Positions 28,647 to 38,417 of a DNA stretch of 64,000 nt are shown here, in pieces. The DNA is from Phycisphaerae bacterium (lineage in GTDB: Bacteria; Planctomycetota; Phycisphaerae; FEN-1346), in the NCBI GenBank assembly GCA_035527275.1, contig DATLBA010000076.1, positions 34-64,033 on the forward strand. Direction: 5' to 3'. The translations under genes and the position numbers were made by a program. Below the pieces are notes generated by a model. The model ran no database searches and was not told where the DNA came from. It saw only the letters and a list, made by a program, of their open reading frames with translations. Numbering within the stretch: position 1 is the stretch's first letter; every line of letters begins with the position of its first letter.

Positions 28647-31600
28647 ATGAGCGAAAGCACAAAGCCAACCCGACGCCACCTGTGGCGGGCGCTTTTGATT
28701 GCGGCCGCCGCCCTGGTGACCCTGGCGGCGCTGGGGGTGGTTTTTTTGCCCCTGCTGCTCCCCGCGAGCGCTGTGCGCCGGCAGGTCGAGGGGCTTCTAT
28801 CGGAGCGGCTCGGCCGTCGCGTGACGATTGAATCGGCAGGTTTTCGTTGGTTCGAAGGTTTAAGATGCACGGGGCTTCAGGTGGCGCGCCGCGGGGGAAA
28901 CGGCGAGGGCCTGTTCGCCCGGGCCGACTCGCTGACAGTGGGACTCGGCCTCCTTGACGCGGCCCGGGCGGCGTGGGGCAGCAACGTGCCGATGGACGTG
29001 GTCCGCATCAAGGGCCTTGAGGTGTGGCTCGTCCGCGACGACCAGGGGCGATGGAACGCGGGCGACCTGGCCGGCGGTGAACCGCTGCGGGCGCGGTCCA
29101 TCCAGATTACCGACGCCAGCGTTCATGTTGAGAACCAGGCTCTCGACCGCTCCGTCACGCTGACCGGCGTCAACGGGAGCATCGGAGAACTTATCACCAC
29201 CGGCCAGGGATACGTGCGTCTGGCGGCCGAGGTGCCAGGTCCGACGCCTGGCCGCGTCGTCGTCACCGCCAGCACGAATACCCTGGACCCGGCCCGGCGC
29301 GACGCGATGGTCGGGAGTCTGAAGGCGGACTGGAGCGGTGTGGCTTGGTCCGAGGCACTGGGGATGGTGTGGGCCGACCGGGCGGTTCAGAACCTCGTCC
29401 GTCGCACGTCCGGCCGCCTGTCGGCAACGTTCGGGAACGGCGCGTGGGGCATCGAGGGGGCAATTCAAGCGGACGGCGTCCGCCTCCCCTTACCAGGGTC
29501 GGAGAGCGACCTGTCGATTCCGCACGCCGTCTTTGGGTTCCAGGTGGCCCGCAACACGCCCGACGAGCCGCTCAGGTTGAACCTTGTTAAATTCTCTTCG
29601 CCCGGCATCAACATGCACTTGTCGGGGTGGGTCAAAACCAGGGATGTGGACCGTCCCGAGATGGACTTGCACGGGGTGGGAACACTGGCGTGGGCGCCGC
29701 TCAGCCAAAGCATCGAGCCGTTTCGCCGCTTCGCCGAACGGTTCGAGCGGCTGGACGGTTGCGCCCGTCTGCGGTTCTCTCTGGCCGGTGCCGCCGCCGA
29801 CAAGGGGCTGCATCTCGGCGGGTCGGTGGACCTGACCGACACGCGGGCGGTCTGGCGGAACATTCTAGAGAAAGAGATTGCCGAACCCCTGTGTTTCGAC
29901 CTGGAGGCAACGTTCCAAAACGATTTTTCCTGGGTTCACATCGAACGGGCTGACCTGAAGGGTGAGGCCGGCCGGGTCTGCTCGACGGCGCGTCTGCCTG
30001 TGTCGGGGGGGAGCGAAGGCGACTGGTCGCTCCGAGGTGCGTCCGGGGAATTGAAGGCCGAGGTGTCCGATGTGCGGATGCTTCTAGCACAGATTCCCTG
30101 GCTGCGCAGCGCCCTGGGCCGTGTCAACGCCGAAGGACCCCTCGAAGCGCATCTCAAACTTTCTCCCGGCCCGGCCGACGAGGAAGCGGCCGCGTGGCGG
30201 GTGGAACTCGGCGCTGACCTGACCGGGATGGCGGTGCGCGGACCTGAACGGGCGCACAAGCCTGCCGGAACCGAGGCCCGGCTGGACGCGTCGGCCTTTG
30301 TGACGGGCGGGGCCCGGCTAGCCCGCGTGCAGGCGGTGACGATTTGCCTCGGCGACGCGACGCTCGCCTGGCGCGGGACGGCCGAGCATCGCCGCCCGGC
30401 GGAGAAGGGCGCTTCGGGAACCGCCCGTTTTGACGGGACCTTGAGTGTCGAGGCCATGGAAGCCGCCGGCGCGATCCTGATGCCCGGCCGCTTTGCGTCG
30501 GAGGCGCCGCCACTGGCCGGCCGCGCGAGCGTCGGAGTCGAAGCCACCCTGGTGGAGGGGCAACTCGAGGGCACGCTTGAGGCGGACCTCTCGCAGGCGG
30601 CTATTCGGATCGGTGAGTACTTCCGCAAACCCTCCGGCGGGGCCGCCACCGCGCACTTGGCGGGCAAATGGCTGCCGGGAGAGCGGAACTATCTGGACGG
30701 CCGGGCGGTCCTGGACCTGCCGGGCGCCCGGATTGCCTTTCAGGGAAAGAGCCAGGTTCGCGTCGCGACACAGGAGGGCGGTTCGGATGAAGCGCCCCGA
30801 TTCCTTCTCGTCCGATGGGGTCCGGTCATGCAACTGGACGTCCGGGCTCGCACGGAGGACTTGGCGGGGGCGCTTGCCCTTTCGCCGTGGTCGGCCGCGA
30901 GGCTCGGAGACTGCGTCGCCGGGCCCGTCCAGGCCCATCTGAAATTTTCCTCTACTGCGGAACGTGTTCGGGTCGGCGGCGACGTGGACTTGACGGCCGC
31001 GGCGGTGAACGTCGCGCAGCGGCTCGCCAAAGCGAAGGGCATGCCTCTGGAAGTCAGCCTGTCGGCCGACTTCACCCCTAGGGGGGGCGCGGGCGGGGAA
31101 CCGGCGTTTCTGTGCGCAGGGGGGGTGGCGGGCCGGATTGGCGATTCGGTGGTGAACGCGTCGGGGCGAATGGAAATGGCGGCGCTGCCCACGCCGGCTG
31201 CCCTGAAGAGCGCCGACCAGGTGGCGGCGCTTCTGCACCATGCCGACGCAAAAGTCCAGGGCAAGTGGGTCCATGGCGAGGCCCTTCGGCGCGCGGTTCC
31301 GTGGCTGGAGCCGCTGTATGCGCGCTGGAGTCTGGAGGGCCCCACGGCCCTGACAGCCACGTTCTCCGGCACGCCGAGCCGGGGCGAAGTCCACCTCGAC
31401 CTCGAGGCCACCCATTGCCGCATCCGTCAGGCCGGCGCCACGCCGAGCAGGGCCGAGACGTCGGTCAAGCCGGCCGGTACGACCGCCACGTTGGCGCTCG
31501 ATGTTCGCTTCGGCCAGGTGCCGGGCGAGGTCATCCTCGAGGATTGCCGGATGTGCCTGGCGGACGCGACGGCATCGGTGACGGGGCGGCTGCTGTTCGA

Positions 31601-33005
31601 CGATCCGCGTCTGCTGAGCCTGTCGGCGCCGGCGGCCTGGTCGCTGGAGGTCAGGGGTCGGGCGCCCGACATGGCGACGTTGGCGGCGCTTTCCCCGGCG
31701 CAGGTGGCGTCTCTGAAACCGACCGGCGGGGTGACCTTCGACGTCCGGGTTGCCGGCGATGTGTTCGGCTCGTCGGTCGAGCGGGCGGAGTTGGCCTTCG
31801 ACGAGGCGGGCTTAGAGTGGCTCGGCAAGCGTGTGCGGCTGGATGGGCCGGTTTCCTACGACGGGGGGCGGCTGGCCAGTGAAGGGCTGCGCCTGGGGGC
31901 CGGGCGCTCCGACGTGACGCTGGTCGTGTATGTGACGGACCCCGCCGATGCGCCGAGGGGTTCGGTCTTCGTCCGCGGCGAAACGATTGCCCTGGAGGAG
32001 GTGCAGACGCTGGTCAAGGAGACGAGTGAACGGCTGGCGGCATGGGCGGGCGCGCCGCGCGAAGGGGCCGCAGCCCAGAGACCGGTGGACGAGGTCCCGG
32101 CCCGGCTGGCGAATCGCCTCCGTCGCCTGCTTAGCCGCGCGCACGTCTCCGGCGACATCGAACTCGGTCATGTCACCCTGACGATTCCGGACTGGAAGAC
32201 GACCTATGAATTCCTGGACCTGGCGGCAGCGTGTCGGCTGGACGGGAGCCGGTTCATTATGCCGCGCTTCCAGTGCAAGTTGAACGACGGCACGGTGGCG
32301 GGCGAGTTGGCATTGGATTTCAAGGGCGAGGCGCCCGTCCTGTCGCTTTCGTATGAGGCGCTGGACCTGGAGATGCGCGACAACCTGCGACCGTTCGTCG
32401 ACCAGACGTTCCCAGGGATGGAAGCGTCCGGCCGATTTACGCACCGTGAGACGATGACCCGGCGCCTCGAGGAGGGGACGTATCCGGTCGGCGAAGGGGA
32501 AACGGTGCTGACCGACGGCCTCTTGAAAGGGCCGTCCGCGCCGGACTACGTCACGAGCCTCTTTCCAGGTCTGAAACTGACCACCTACCATTTTAACCGG
32601 ATGAGCAACGTCTTCGAGCACGAGGCGGACGGAACCACGCAGAACCGGATGATCTTCGACGGCAAGTCGTACGATATTTTTATCTTCGGCGCAACCCGCG
32701 CCGACGGGACGATTCGCTACACGCTCGGCGTGGACCTGTCGGTCAGCCTGGGGTCGAAGGTCTGGACGCGAATGCTGGACCAGGGCAAGATTCCGCTGAT
32801 GCATTACACAGGCCGCATCGTGGACACACAGTACGTCCCGCCGGGTCCCGAAATCCGCTACGTCCTGCCACACGAACTGGCGTATGACGTGTTCATACGG
32901 CGCAATCTGCTGGTGCAACTGCTGGCGCAACTTGGCGAGAAGCCGCCGAAGATCGAGCGGCCGCCTCCGTCACCCGCCCGGCGCCGCGGGAGCGTGGAGC
33001 CCTGA
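28647..33005 (+). CDS. AsmA-family giant envelope protein (N-terminal membrane anchor plus long predicted beta-rich body)
   Basis: Start at ATG 28647 (MSESTKPTRRHLWRALLIAAAALVTLAALGVVFLPLLL anchor, then the VTIESAGFRW...L.GLEVWL pattern of AsmA/TamB-like proteins). 1452 aa. The upstream in-frame extension is not credible. Confidence 0.6.
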   Translation: MSESTKPTRRHLWRALLIAAAALVTLAALGVVFLPLLLPASAVRRQVEGLLSERLGRRVTIESAGFRWFEGLRCTGLQVARRGGNGEGLFARADSLTVGLGLLDAARAAWGSNVPMDVVRIKGLEVWLVRDDQGRWNAGDLAGGEPLRARSIQITDASVHVENQALDRSVTLTGVNGSIGELITTGQGYVRLAAEVPGPTPGRVVVTASTNTLDPARRDAMVGSLKADWSGVAWSEALGMVWADRAVQNLVRRTSGRLSATFGNGAWGIEGAIQADGVRLPLPGSESDLSIPHAVFGFQVARNTPDEPLRLNLVKFSSPGINMHLSGWVKTRDVDRPEMDLHGVGTLAWAPLSQSIEPFRRFAERFERLDGCARLRFSLAGAAADKGLHLGGSVDLTDTRAVWRNILEKEIAEPLCFDLEATFQNDFSWVHIERADLKGEAGRVCSTARLPVSGGSEGDWSLRGASGELKAEVSDVRMLLAQIPWLRSALGRVNAEGPLEAHLKLSPGPADEEAAAWRVELGADLTGMAVRGPERAHKPAGTEARLDASAFVTGGARLARVQAVTICLGDATLAWRGTAEHRRPAEKGASGTARFDGTLSVEAMEAAGAILMPGRFASEAPPLAGRASVGVEATLVEGQLEGTLEADLSQAAIRIGEYFRKPSGGAATAHLAGKWLPGERNYLDGRAVLDLPGARIAFQGKSQVRVATQEGGSDEAPRFLLVRWGPVMQLDVRARTEDLAGALALSPWSAARLGDCVAGPVQAHLKFSSTAERVRVGGDVDLTAAAVNVAQRLAKAKGMPLEVSLSADFTPRGGAGGEPAFLCAGGVAGRIGDSVVNASGRMEMAALPTPAALKSADQVAALLHHADAKVQGKWVHGEALRRAVPWLEPLYARWSLEGPTALTATFSGTPSRGEVHLDLEATHCRIRQAGATPSRAETSVKPAGTTATLALDVRFGQVPGEVILEDCRMCLADATASVTGRLLFDDPRLLSLSAPAAWSLEVRGRAPDMATLAALSPAQVASLKPTGGVTFDVRVAGDVFGSSVERAELAFDEAGLEWLGKRVRLDGPVSYDGGRLASEGLRLGAGRSDVTLVVYVTDPADAPRGSVFVRGETIALEEVQTLVKETSERLAAWAGAPREGAAAQRPVDEVPARLANRLRRLLSRAHVSGDIELGHVTLTIPDWKTTYEFLDLAAACRLDGSRFIMPRFQCKLNDGTVAGELALDFKGEAPVLSLSYEALDLEMRDNLRPFVDQTFPGMEASGRFTHRETMTRRLEEGTYPVGEGETVLTDGLLKGPSAPDYVTSLFPGLKLTTYHFNRMSNVFEHEADGTTQNRMIFDGKSYDIFIFGATRADGTIRYTLGVDLSVSLGSKVWTRMLDQGKIPLMHYTGRIVDTQYVPPGPEIRYVLPHELAYDVFIRRNLLVQLLAQLGEKPPKIERPPPSPARRRGSVEP

Positions 33006-34460
33006 ATGGCCGGTCAGGACCTCCGGACTTTCATTGCGCGGCTGGAAGCGGCGGGCCAGTTGCGCCGCGTCACGGCCGAAGTCTCGGCGGACCTGGAGAT
33101 CGCCGAGATTGCAAGCCGCCTCGTCGCCGCCGCCGGCCCGGCGGCGCTCTTTGAAAACGTAGCCGGACACACGATGCCCGTCCTCCTCGGCGCATTTGCG
33201 TCGATGGGGCGGATGGCCTGGGCGCTGGGCGCCGAGAGCGTTGAGGACGTCGCCGGCCGGGTGGCGGGGCTGTTGCGGCCACGCCTTGCGGGCGGATTGG
33301 GCGCAACAATCAAAGCCGCACCACGCCTGCTGAAACTCACTGGTCTCCGACCGAAGGTCGTCCGCTCCGCTCCCTCCCAGGAAGTCGTCCACACGGACAA
33401 CGCGGATATCGGGCGGCTCCCGATCCTCAAGTGCTGGCCGGGGGACGGCGGGCGCTACATCACCCTGGCCCAGGTCTATACGACCGGCCCGGACGGCAAA
33501 AATCGCAACGTGGGGATGTATCGGCTCCAGGTGTTCGGCCCTCGGCGTCTGGGGATGCATTGGCACCGCGATCACGACGGGGCGCGCAACTTCCGGGCGT
33601 GGGCCGAGCACGGCCGCGACGCGCCGGGCATGCCGGTCGCGGTCGCCCTCGGCGGCGACCCGGTCCTGACGTATGCCGCCACCGCCCCGCTGCCTTACGG
33701 GATGGATGAACTCGTTTTTGCGGGCTTCCTTCGCGGCGAAGCGGTGCGACTTGTGCCGTGCAGAACGGTCCCGCTTGAGGTGCCCGCGGACGCCGAGATC
33801 GTTATCGAAGGCACTGTTGACTTTGAGGAGCGCGCCCTGGAGGGGCCGTTCGGGGACCACACCGGTTATTACACGCCGCCTGAGGAGTATCCCGTGATGC
33901 GCGTGACGGCCATCACGCACCGCGCGGACGCCATCTATCCGACGACGGTTGTCGGCCGCTTCCCCAAGGAGGACTGTTACCTGGCGAAGACGACCGAGCG
34001 GCTCTTCCTGCCGGTCATCCGGACCTTCGTGCCGGAGGTGGTGGACCTGAATCTGCCGCTGTTCGGCGTCTTTCACAACTGGGCGTTTGTCTCGATCCGA
34101 AAGACGCACCCGCATCAGGCGCACAAGGTGATGCATGCGCTGTGGGGCCTGGGGCAGATGATGTACACGAAGTTTCTGGTGGTCGTGGACGCGGACGTGA
34201 ACGTCCAGAATCCGGAAGAGGTCTTGTGGCGCGTCGGGGCCGAGGCCGACCCGAAGCGCGATGCCATCCTTACGACCGGTCCGGCCGACGTCCTGGACCA
34301 TGCAGCGCCGAAAAGCGGCGCGGCGGGAAAACTCGGCATCGACGCAACGCGCAAACTCCCCGAGGAAGCGGGCGGACAGCCCTGGCCCCAACCTTTGAGG
34401 AGCGATGCCGACACGGCGGCGCGCGTCACCCGCCGGTGGAAAGAATATGGCCTCGAGTGA
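33006..34460 (+). CDS. UbiD-family decarboxylase (menaquinone / futalosine pathway late-step decarboxylase; MqnM is one published name for this UbiD-like step)
   Basis: UbiD-family length and motifs (GDHTGYY, WAFVSIRKTHPHQAHKVMHALWGLGQMMYTKFLVVVDADV). Start abuts the AsmA-like stop (33005/33006). Confidence 0.85.
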   Translation: MAGQDLRTFIARLEAAGQLRRVTAEVSADLEIAEIASRLVAAAGPAALFENVAGHTMPVLLGAFASMGRMAWALGAESVEDVAGRVAGLLRPRLAGGLGATIKAAPRLLKLTGLRPKVVRSAPSQEVVHTDNADIGRLPILKCWPGDGGRYITLAQVYTTGPDGKNRNVGMYRLQVFGPRRLGMHWHRDHDGARNFRAWAEHGRDAPGMPVAVALGGDPVLTYAATAPLPYGMDELVFAGFLRGEAVRLVPCRTVPLEVPADAEIVIEGTVDFEERALEGPFGDHTGYYTPPEEYPVMRVTAITHRADAIYPTTVVGRFPKEDCYLAKTTERLFLPVIRTFVPEVVDLNLPLFGVFHNWAFVSIRKTHPHQAHKVMHALWGLGQMMYTKFLVVVDADVNVQNPEEVLWRVGAEADPKRDAILTTGPADVLDHAAPKSGAAGKLGIDATRKLPEEAGGQPWPQPLRSDADTAARVTRRWKEYGLE

Positions 34461-35178
34461 GCGCGACGCCGACCGCGCCCGATATGTGCAGGATATGTTC
34501 GCGGCGGTCGCGCGGCGATACGACCTGGCGAACCACGTTCTCTCGGGGGGCCTCGACCACCGCTGGCGCGCTCGGGCGGCAAGGGCGTGCGGTCACGCCA
34601 CAGAAGGCACGGTCCTCGACCTGTGCGCCGGGACGGGCGACCAGGCAGTGGCCCTGTTGAAGCGTGCGAGCCGGCGGGGACGCGTCGTCGCGTGTGATTT
34701 TTCCCGGCCGATGCTGCTTCGGGCCCGCGCGAAACTCGCGAAGGCGGGCCTTGCGCGGCGAGCCGCGCTTCTGGAGGCGGACGCCATTCGGTTGCCGCTC
34801 GGGGATAGGTCGGTGGACGCGTGCGTCTGCACGTTCGGCCTGCGAAACCTGGCGGACATGCGGCGGGGGCTGGCCGAGATGGTCCGCGTCGTGCGGCCCG
34901 GAGGGCGTGTCGTGGTGCTTGAGTTCCACCAGCCGCGCGGGTCCGGACTGCTCGCGGCGGCCTTTGGGCTTTACTTTCGCCGCATACTTCCTAGGCTGGG
35001 CAGGTGGATTTCAGGGCGGGATCGCGGCGGTTACCGCTACCTGGTCGAGTCGGTGGACGCTTTCGGCTCGGCCGAGGCGGTGGTTGAGGCAATGCGGGCC
35101 GCGGGCCTTGAAGGGGTGAGGACCGAGCCGCTGCCGGGCGGCATTTGCGCCCTGTTTGTCGGCCGAAAGTCACGCTGA
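34447..35178 (+). CDS. menG: demethylmenaquinone / ubiquinone methyltransferase
   Basis: UbiE/MenG signature with SAM motif VLDLCAGTGD and C-terminal conserved region. ATG 34447 overlaps the ubiD-like stop by 14 nt. Confidence 0.85.
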   Translation: MASSERDADRARYVQDMFAAVARRYDLANHVLSGGLDHRWRARAARACGHATEGTVLDLCAGTGDQAVALLKRASRRGRVVACDFSRPMLLRARAKLAKAGLARRAALLEADAIRLPLGDRSVDACVCTFGLRNLADMRRGLAEMVRVVRPGGRVVVLEFHQPRGSGLLAAAFGLYFRRILPRLGRWISGRDRGGYRYLVESVDAFGSAEAVVEAMRAAGLEGVRTEPLPGGICALFVGRKSR

Positions 35179-35193
35179 GGCAGGAACCCCCCT

Positions 35194-36879
35194 ATGCACT
35201 GTGCCAAGTGTTTTTTCTACGAGAGCGACGTGGGCGACGAGACGTGCGCCCGCTGTGGACGGGCCTATATGCCCGAAGCCAACGTGTATCTGGGCCTGAT
35301 GCTGCTCGTGACGGGTGGGCTGGCCTGGACGTTGCGGGCGCTGGTGACGGGTTCGCCGGACCTGCTGGTTCGGCCGATGCTGGATTTGGGCGCGTGGGCG
35401 ACCTGGCCCGTCTCGATGGTTGACCGACCGGTTTACGGCTTTCTCATCGGCGCTTTTCTGGCGATGCTGGCGGTCGCGCCGATCCTGACGGCCGTGATGT
35501 ATGGGAAGCGCGGAGGGTGGCTGCTGGTGCTGGTCATTGCGCTGGTTGGCCCGAGCCGTGCCGGGGCGTCGCCGGCGACCCTTATGGTTCCGACGGCCGT
35601 TTTTGCCGGCGCGCTGGGTTTGGGCGTTTGGATTGCAGCGGGGCAGACGTTACGGCTGGGGAGCAAGTTGGCAAGCGTTCTTCTGGGCCTGGTTCCCGTG
35701 GCCGTTTACTGGTTCGTCGAGACGGCCCGCAGCACCACCGAGGCGCTGGCGCCGACGCTTCGCGGCATGGTGTATCTGGTGCCGGTGACGGCCGTGGCGA
35801 CGGCGGCCGGTGCGGCGGCGCTCGTGGTGGCCGTCGGCTGGGCGGACCGCTGGCACGTCCGCTGGCCCGGGGCGCTGCTCGCCGTGCTGACGGCGGGCCC
35901 CGTGCTCGCCCTGCTGGCGTTCGTCGGCCTGGACGAGATTCGCTATCGGCTGCTGCCGGAGCCGACCTCCACAGGGACGATCCAGTGGATTGAAGCATAT
36001 CAGGATTTCATCGACCGTTACCCGAGTAGTCCACGTGGCGGGGTGGTGCGTGCGCGGCTTGCGAAAAGTTTGGAGGCGCGCCAGGCGCGCGGCGAGGATG
36101 TGCCGCCCGACGCCCCGAAGCCCGAGCGCCTCTGGCGCCAGGTTCTGGAGCGTTACCCCGAAAGTCTGTGGGCGGAGGAGGCCCGGGTGCATCTGGCCGA
36201 CGCCGCTGCGGCGCGGGGACTTTTCGACGACGCCCGCCGCCTTTACCGCGAAGCGCTCGAGCGAACCCGTGATCTCGACGTGCCCGAAGAGGACCCCCTG
36301 GCCGACTTCAGTGTCCTGAGGGACGTGTTCACCATCGGCGAGAGGCTGCGGGCGAGGGAAACGGCCCGGCATCTCCAGGCGATTCGCCGGCAGACGCTGT
36401 TGCGCTTTGCCTTGCTTCGCGAGAACCGCTGCCGAACCGAGAACGGCAGCCGGGCGCTGGCGCGGTACTTCCAGGCCCTGGCCTATGAGGGGACCAATAA
36501 GTACCGTGCGGCGCTGCTTGAGGCGAAGGAGGTGGACCCCGAGGGGACGCTGGCCGACAACATCGCATGCGAACTCGCCCGCTTCGAGGCCGACCCGAAC
36601 CGGCGCCTGGAACTCCTGGAAGAGGTGGCGGCTTCGTATGCGGGAACCGACGGGGCGATGCGAGCCCATCTGGCGGCGGCGGATGATCTCATTGAACGGG
36701 CGGCTAAGGCGCCGGGGGCGTGGCGGCGCGCGCGGGCGCATCTGCTGGACGTCCAGCGGGACCTGACGCAACGCAAAGCGGCCAACCCGGGCGACCCTTA
36801 CGTGGCCGTCTTCGCCGATCTTGTTGACACGAGGCTTGCCTACGTCCAGGCGCAGTTGAGGGGCCCGGAGCATGAGTGA
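35194..36879 (+). CDS. zinc-ribbon-fronted polytopic membrane protein with a C-terminal soluble helical domain, hypothetical
   Basis: CAKC...CARC N-terminal Zn ribbon, then about 8 hydrophobic helices, then a ~300-aa charged helical domain. Stop overlaps the ubiX start (ATGAGTGA). Confidence 0.65.
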   Translation: MHCAKCFFYESDVGDETCARCGRAYMPEANVYLGLMLLVTGGLAWTLRALVTGSPDLLVRPMLDLGAWATWPVSMVDRPVYGFLIGAFLAMLAVAPILTAVMYGKRGGWLLVLVIALVGPSRAGASPATLMVPTAVFAGALGLGVWIAAGQTLRLGSKLASVLLGLVPVAVYWFVETARSTTEALAPTLRGMVYLVPVTAVATAAGAAALVVAVGWADRWHVRWPGALLAVLTAGPVLALLAFVGLDEIRYRLLPEPTSTGTIQWIEAYQDFIDRYPSSPRGGVVRARLAKSLEARQARGEDVPPDAPKPERLWRQVLERYPESLWAEEARVHLADAAAARGLFDDARRLYREALERTRDLDVPEEDPLADFSVLRDVFTIGERLRARETARHLQAIRRQTLLRFALLRENRCRTENGSRALARYFQALAYEGTNKYRAALLEAKEVDPEGTLADNIACELARFEADPNRRLELLEEVAASYAGTDGAMRAHLAAADDLIERAAKAPGAWRRARAHLLDVQRDLTQRKAANPGDPYVAVFADLVDTRLAYVQAQLRGPEHE

Positions 36880-37483
36880 GGGTCGGCTCATCGTGGGCGT
36901 CACCGGCGCTTCAGGCACCCCGTATGCCGTCCGATTCGTCGAGCAGGCGGTCCGAGCGGGGCGCGACGTGTGGCTGATTGTTTCGGCTGCGGGGCGGCTG
37001 GTTCTGGCGGACGAGGCGGGTCTGGGCGGTTCAACAGATGAGCCGGATTTTTCAACCCTTTGGCCGGAAAAGGTGCTGGCGCACTTGACCTACACGCCCG
37101 CTGAGCAACTCCGCGCGCCGCCGGCGAGCGGCTCGTTCGAGGCCGAAGCCGTTGTCATCATCCCATGCTCGATGAACACGGCGGCGGCGCTCGCGCACGG
37201 GTTGTCGGGCAACCTCCTTCAGCGGGCCGGCGCGGTGGCGCTGAAGGAAGGCCGGCCGCTCGTCCTCGTGCCGCGCGAGACCCCGATGACGCGGATTGAT
37301 TTTGAGAATCTGGCCCGCCTGGCGGCCGCCGGCGCCCACGTCGTGCCGGCGATGCCCGGCTTCTATCACCGCCCGCAGTCGGTCGCGGACCTCGTGGATT
37401 TCGTAGTGGCGAAAGTGCTCGCGCGGCTCGGAATCGAGCACGGTCTGAAGGTCCGGTGGCCCTTATTGGAACGAGAGGCATAG
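36872..37483 (+). CDS. ubiX: UbiX-family flavin prenyltransferase (partner of UbiD-like decarboxylase; MqnL-like)
   Basis: LIVGVTGASG flavoprotein motif with UbiX/Pad1 family length and conservation. Confidence 0.85.
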   Translation: MSEGRLIVGVTGASGTPYAVRFVEQAVRAGRDVWLIVSAAGRLVLADEAGLGGSTDEPDFSTLWPEKVLAHLTYTPAEQLRAPPASGSFEAEAVVIIPCSMNTAAALAHGLSGNLLQRAGAVALKEGRPLVLVPRETPMTRIDFENLARLAAAGAHVVPAMPGFYHRPQSVADLVDFVVAKVLARLGIEHGLKVRWPLLEREA

Positions 37484-37490
37484 CCCTGGG

Positions 37491-38417
37491 ATGCGATGCA
37501 GGCTGGCGCACGAACTGCTTGAATTCGGCCGCACGATCCGCTTTTTCCACACCTTGTTTGCGCTCCCGTTTGCGCTGGGTGCGGCTTTTCTTGCCGAGCC
37601 GCCCTGTCCACGGCCGTGGGCGCTTGCGCTTCTGGTGGCGTGTATGGTGACGGCGCGGACGGCGGCGATGGGGATGAACCGCGTGGCCGACGCGCGGCTT
37701 GATGCGCGGAATCCGCGGACGGCCGAGTGGCCGATTCCAGCCGGGCGGCTCCGGCGCGGGACGGCGCTGGCGCTCGCGCTGGTGAGCGGCGGTGTGTTTC
37801 TCGCCTGCGCGTGGGGATTCTGGTTCCTCAGCGGAAACCTTTGGCCGGGGCTTCTGGCGCCGGGGTTCCTGGCACTCTTGCTCTTTTATCCTTACACGAA
37901 ACGGTTCACGGTTCTCTCGCACTGGATTCTGGGCGCGTGCCTGGGTCTTGCGCCGGTTGGGGCGTGGATCGCACTTCGCGGGTCTCTTGTCTGGACACCG
38001 CTTGTGCTCGGTCTGGCGGTTGTGTTCTGGACGGCGGGCTTCGACATTCTTTACGCGATTCGCGACATCGCGTTCGACCGGCGCGAAGGGCTGAGGAGTG
38101 TCCCGGCGCGCTTCGGTCGTGCCACAGCGCTTCGGACCGCGCTCGAGTGCCACGTGCTCGCCTGGCTTCTTCTGGGCGGCGTGATCGGCATGGATGTTTT
38201 CGAAAAGGTGCTTATGAGCGATGGAGAGGTGCGGGCGGGCGTTCTGGGCCGATGGAGTTCGTGGGCGCTGGGTCTGGTTGCGATTCTGATTCTGATCCAG
38301 CACCTTGCGGTTCGCCGCGCGCGGGGCGACGGGGTGACGGCGGCGGTCTTCCATTTGAACGCGCTCGTAGGTATCGTGTGGATGGCGGGAGTCATTCTGG
38401 ACTCCGGGCTCGGATGA
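37491..38417 (+). CDS. UbiA-family aromatic prenyltransferase (menaquinone / futalosine prenyltransferase, MqnP-like)
   Basis: NRVADARLDARNPRT (NxxxDxxxD) and a second Asp-rich motif (YAIRDIAFDRREG). About 8 TM helices. Confidence 0.8.
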   Translation: MRCRLAHELLEFGRTIRFFHTLFALPFALGAAFLAEPPCPRPWALALLVACMVTARTAAMGMNRVADARLDARNPRTAEWPIPAGRLRRGTALALALVSGGVFLACAWGFWFLSGNLWPGLLAPGFLALLLFYPYTKRFTVLSHWILGACLGLAPVGAWIALRGSLVWTPLVLGLAVVFWTAGFDILYAIRDIAFDRREGLRSVPARFGRATALRTALECHVLAWLLLGGVIGMDVFEKVLMSDGEVRAGVLGRWSSWALGLVAILILIQHLAVRRARGDGVTAAVFHLNALVGIVWMAGVILDSGLG

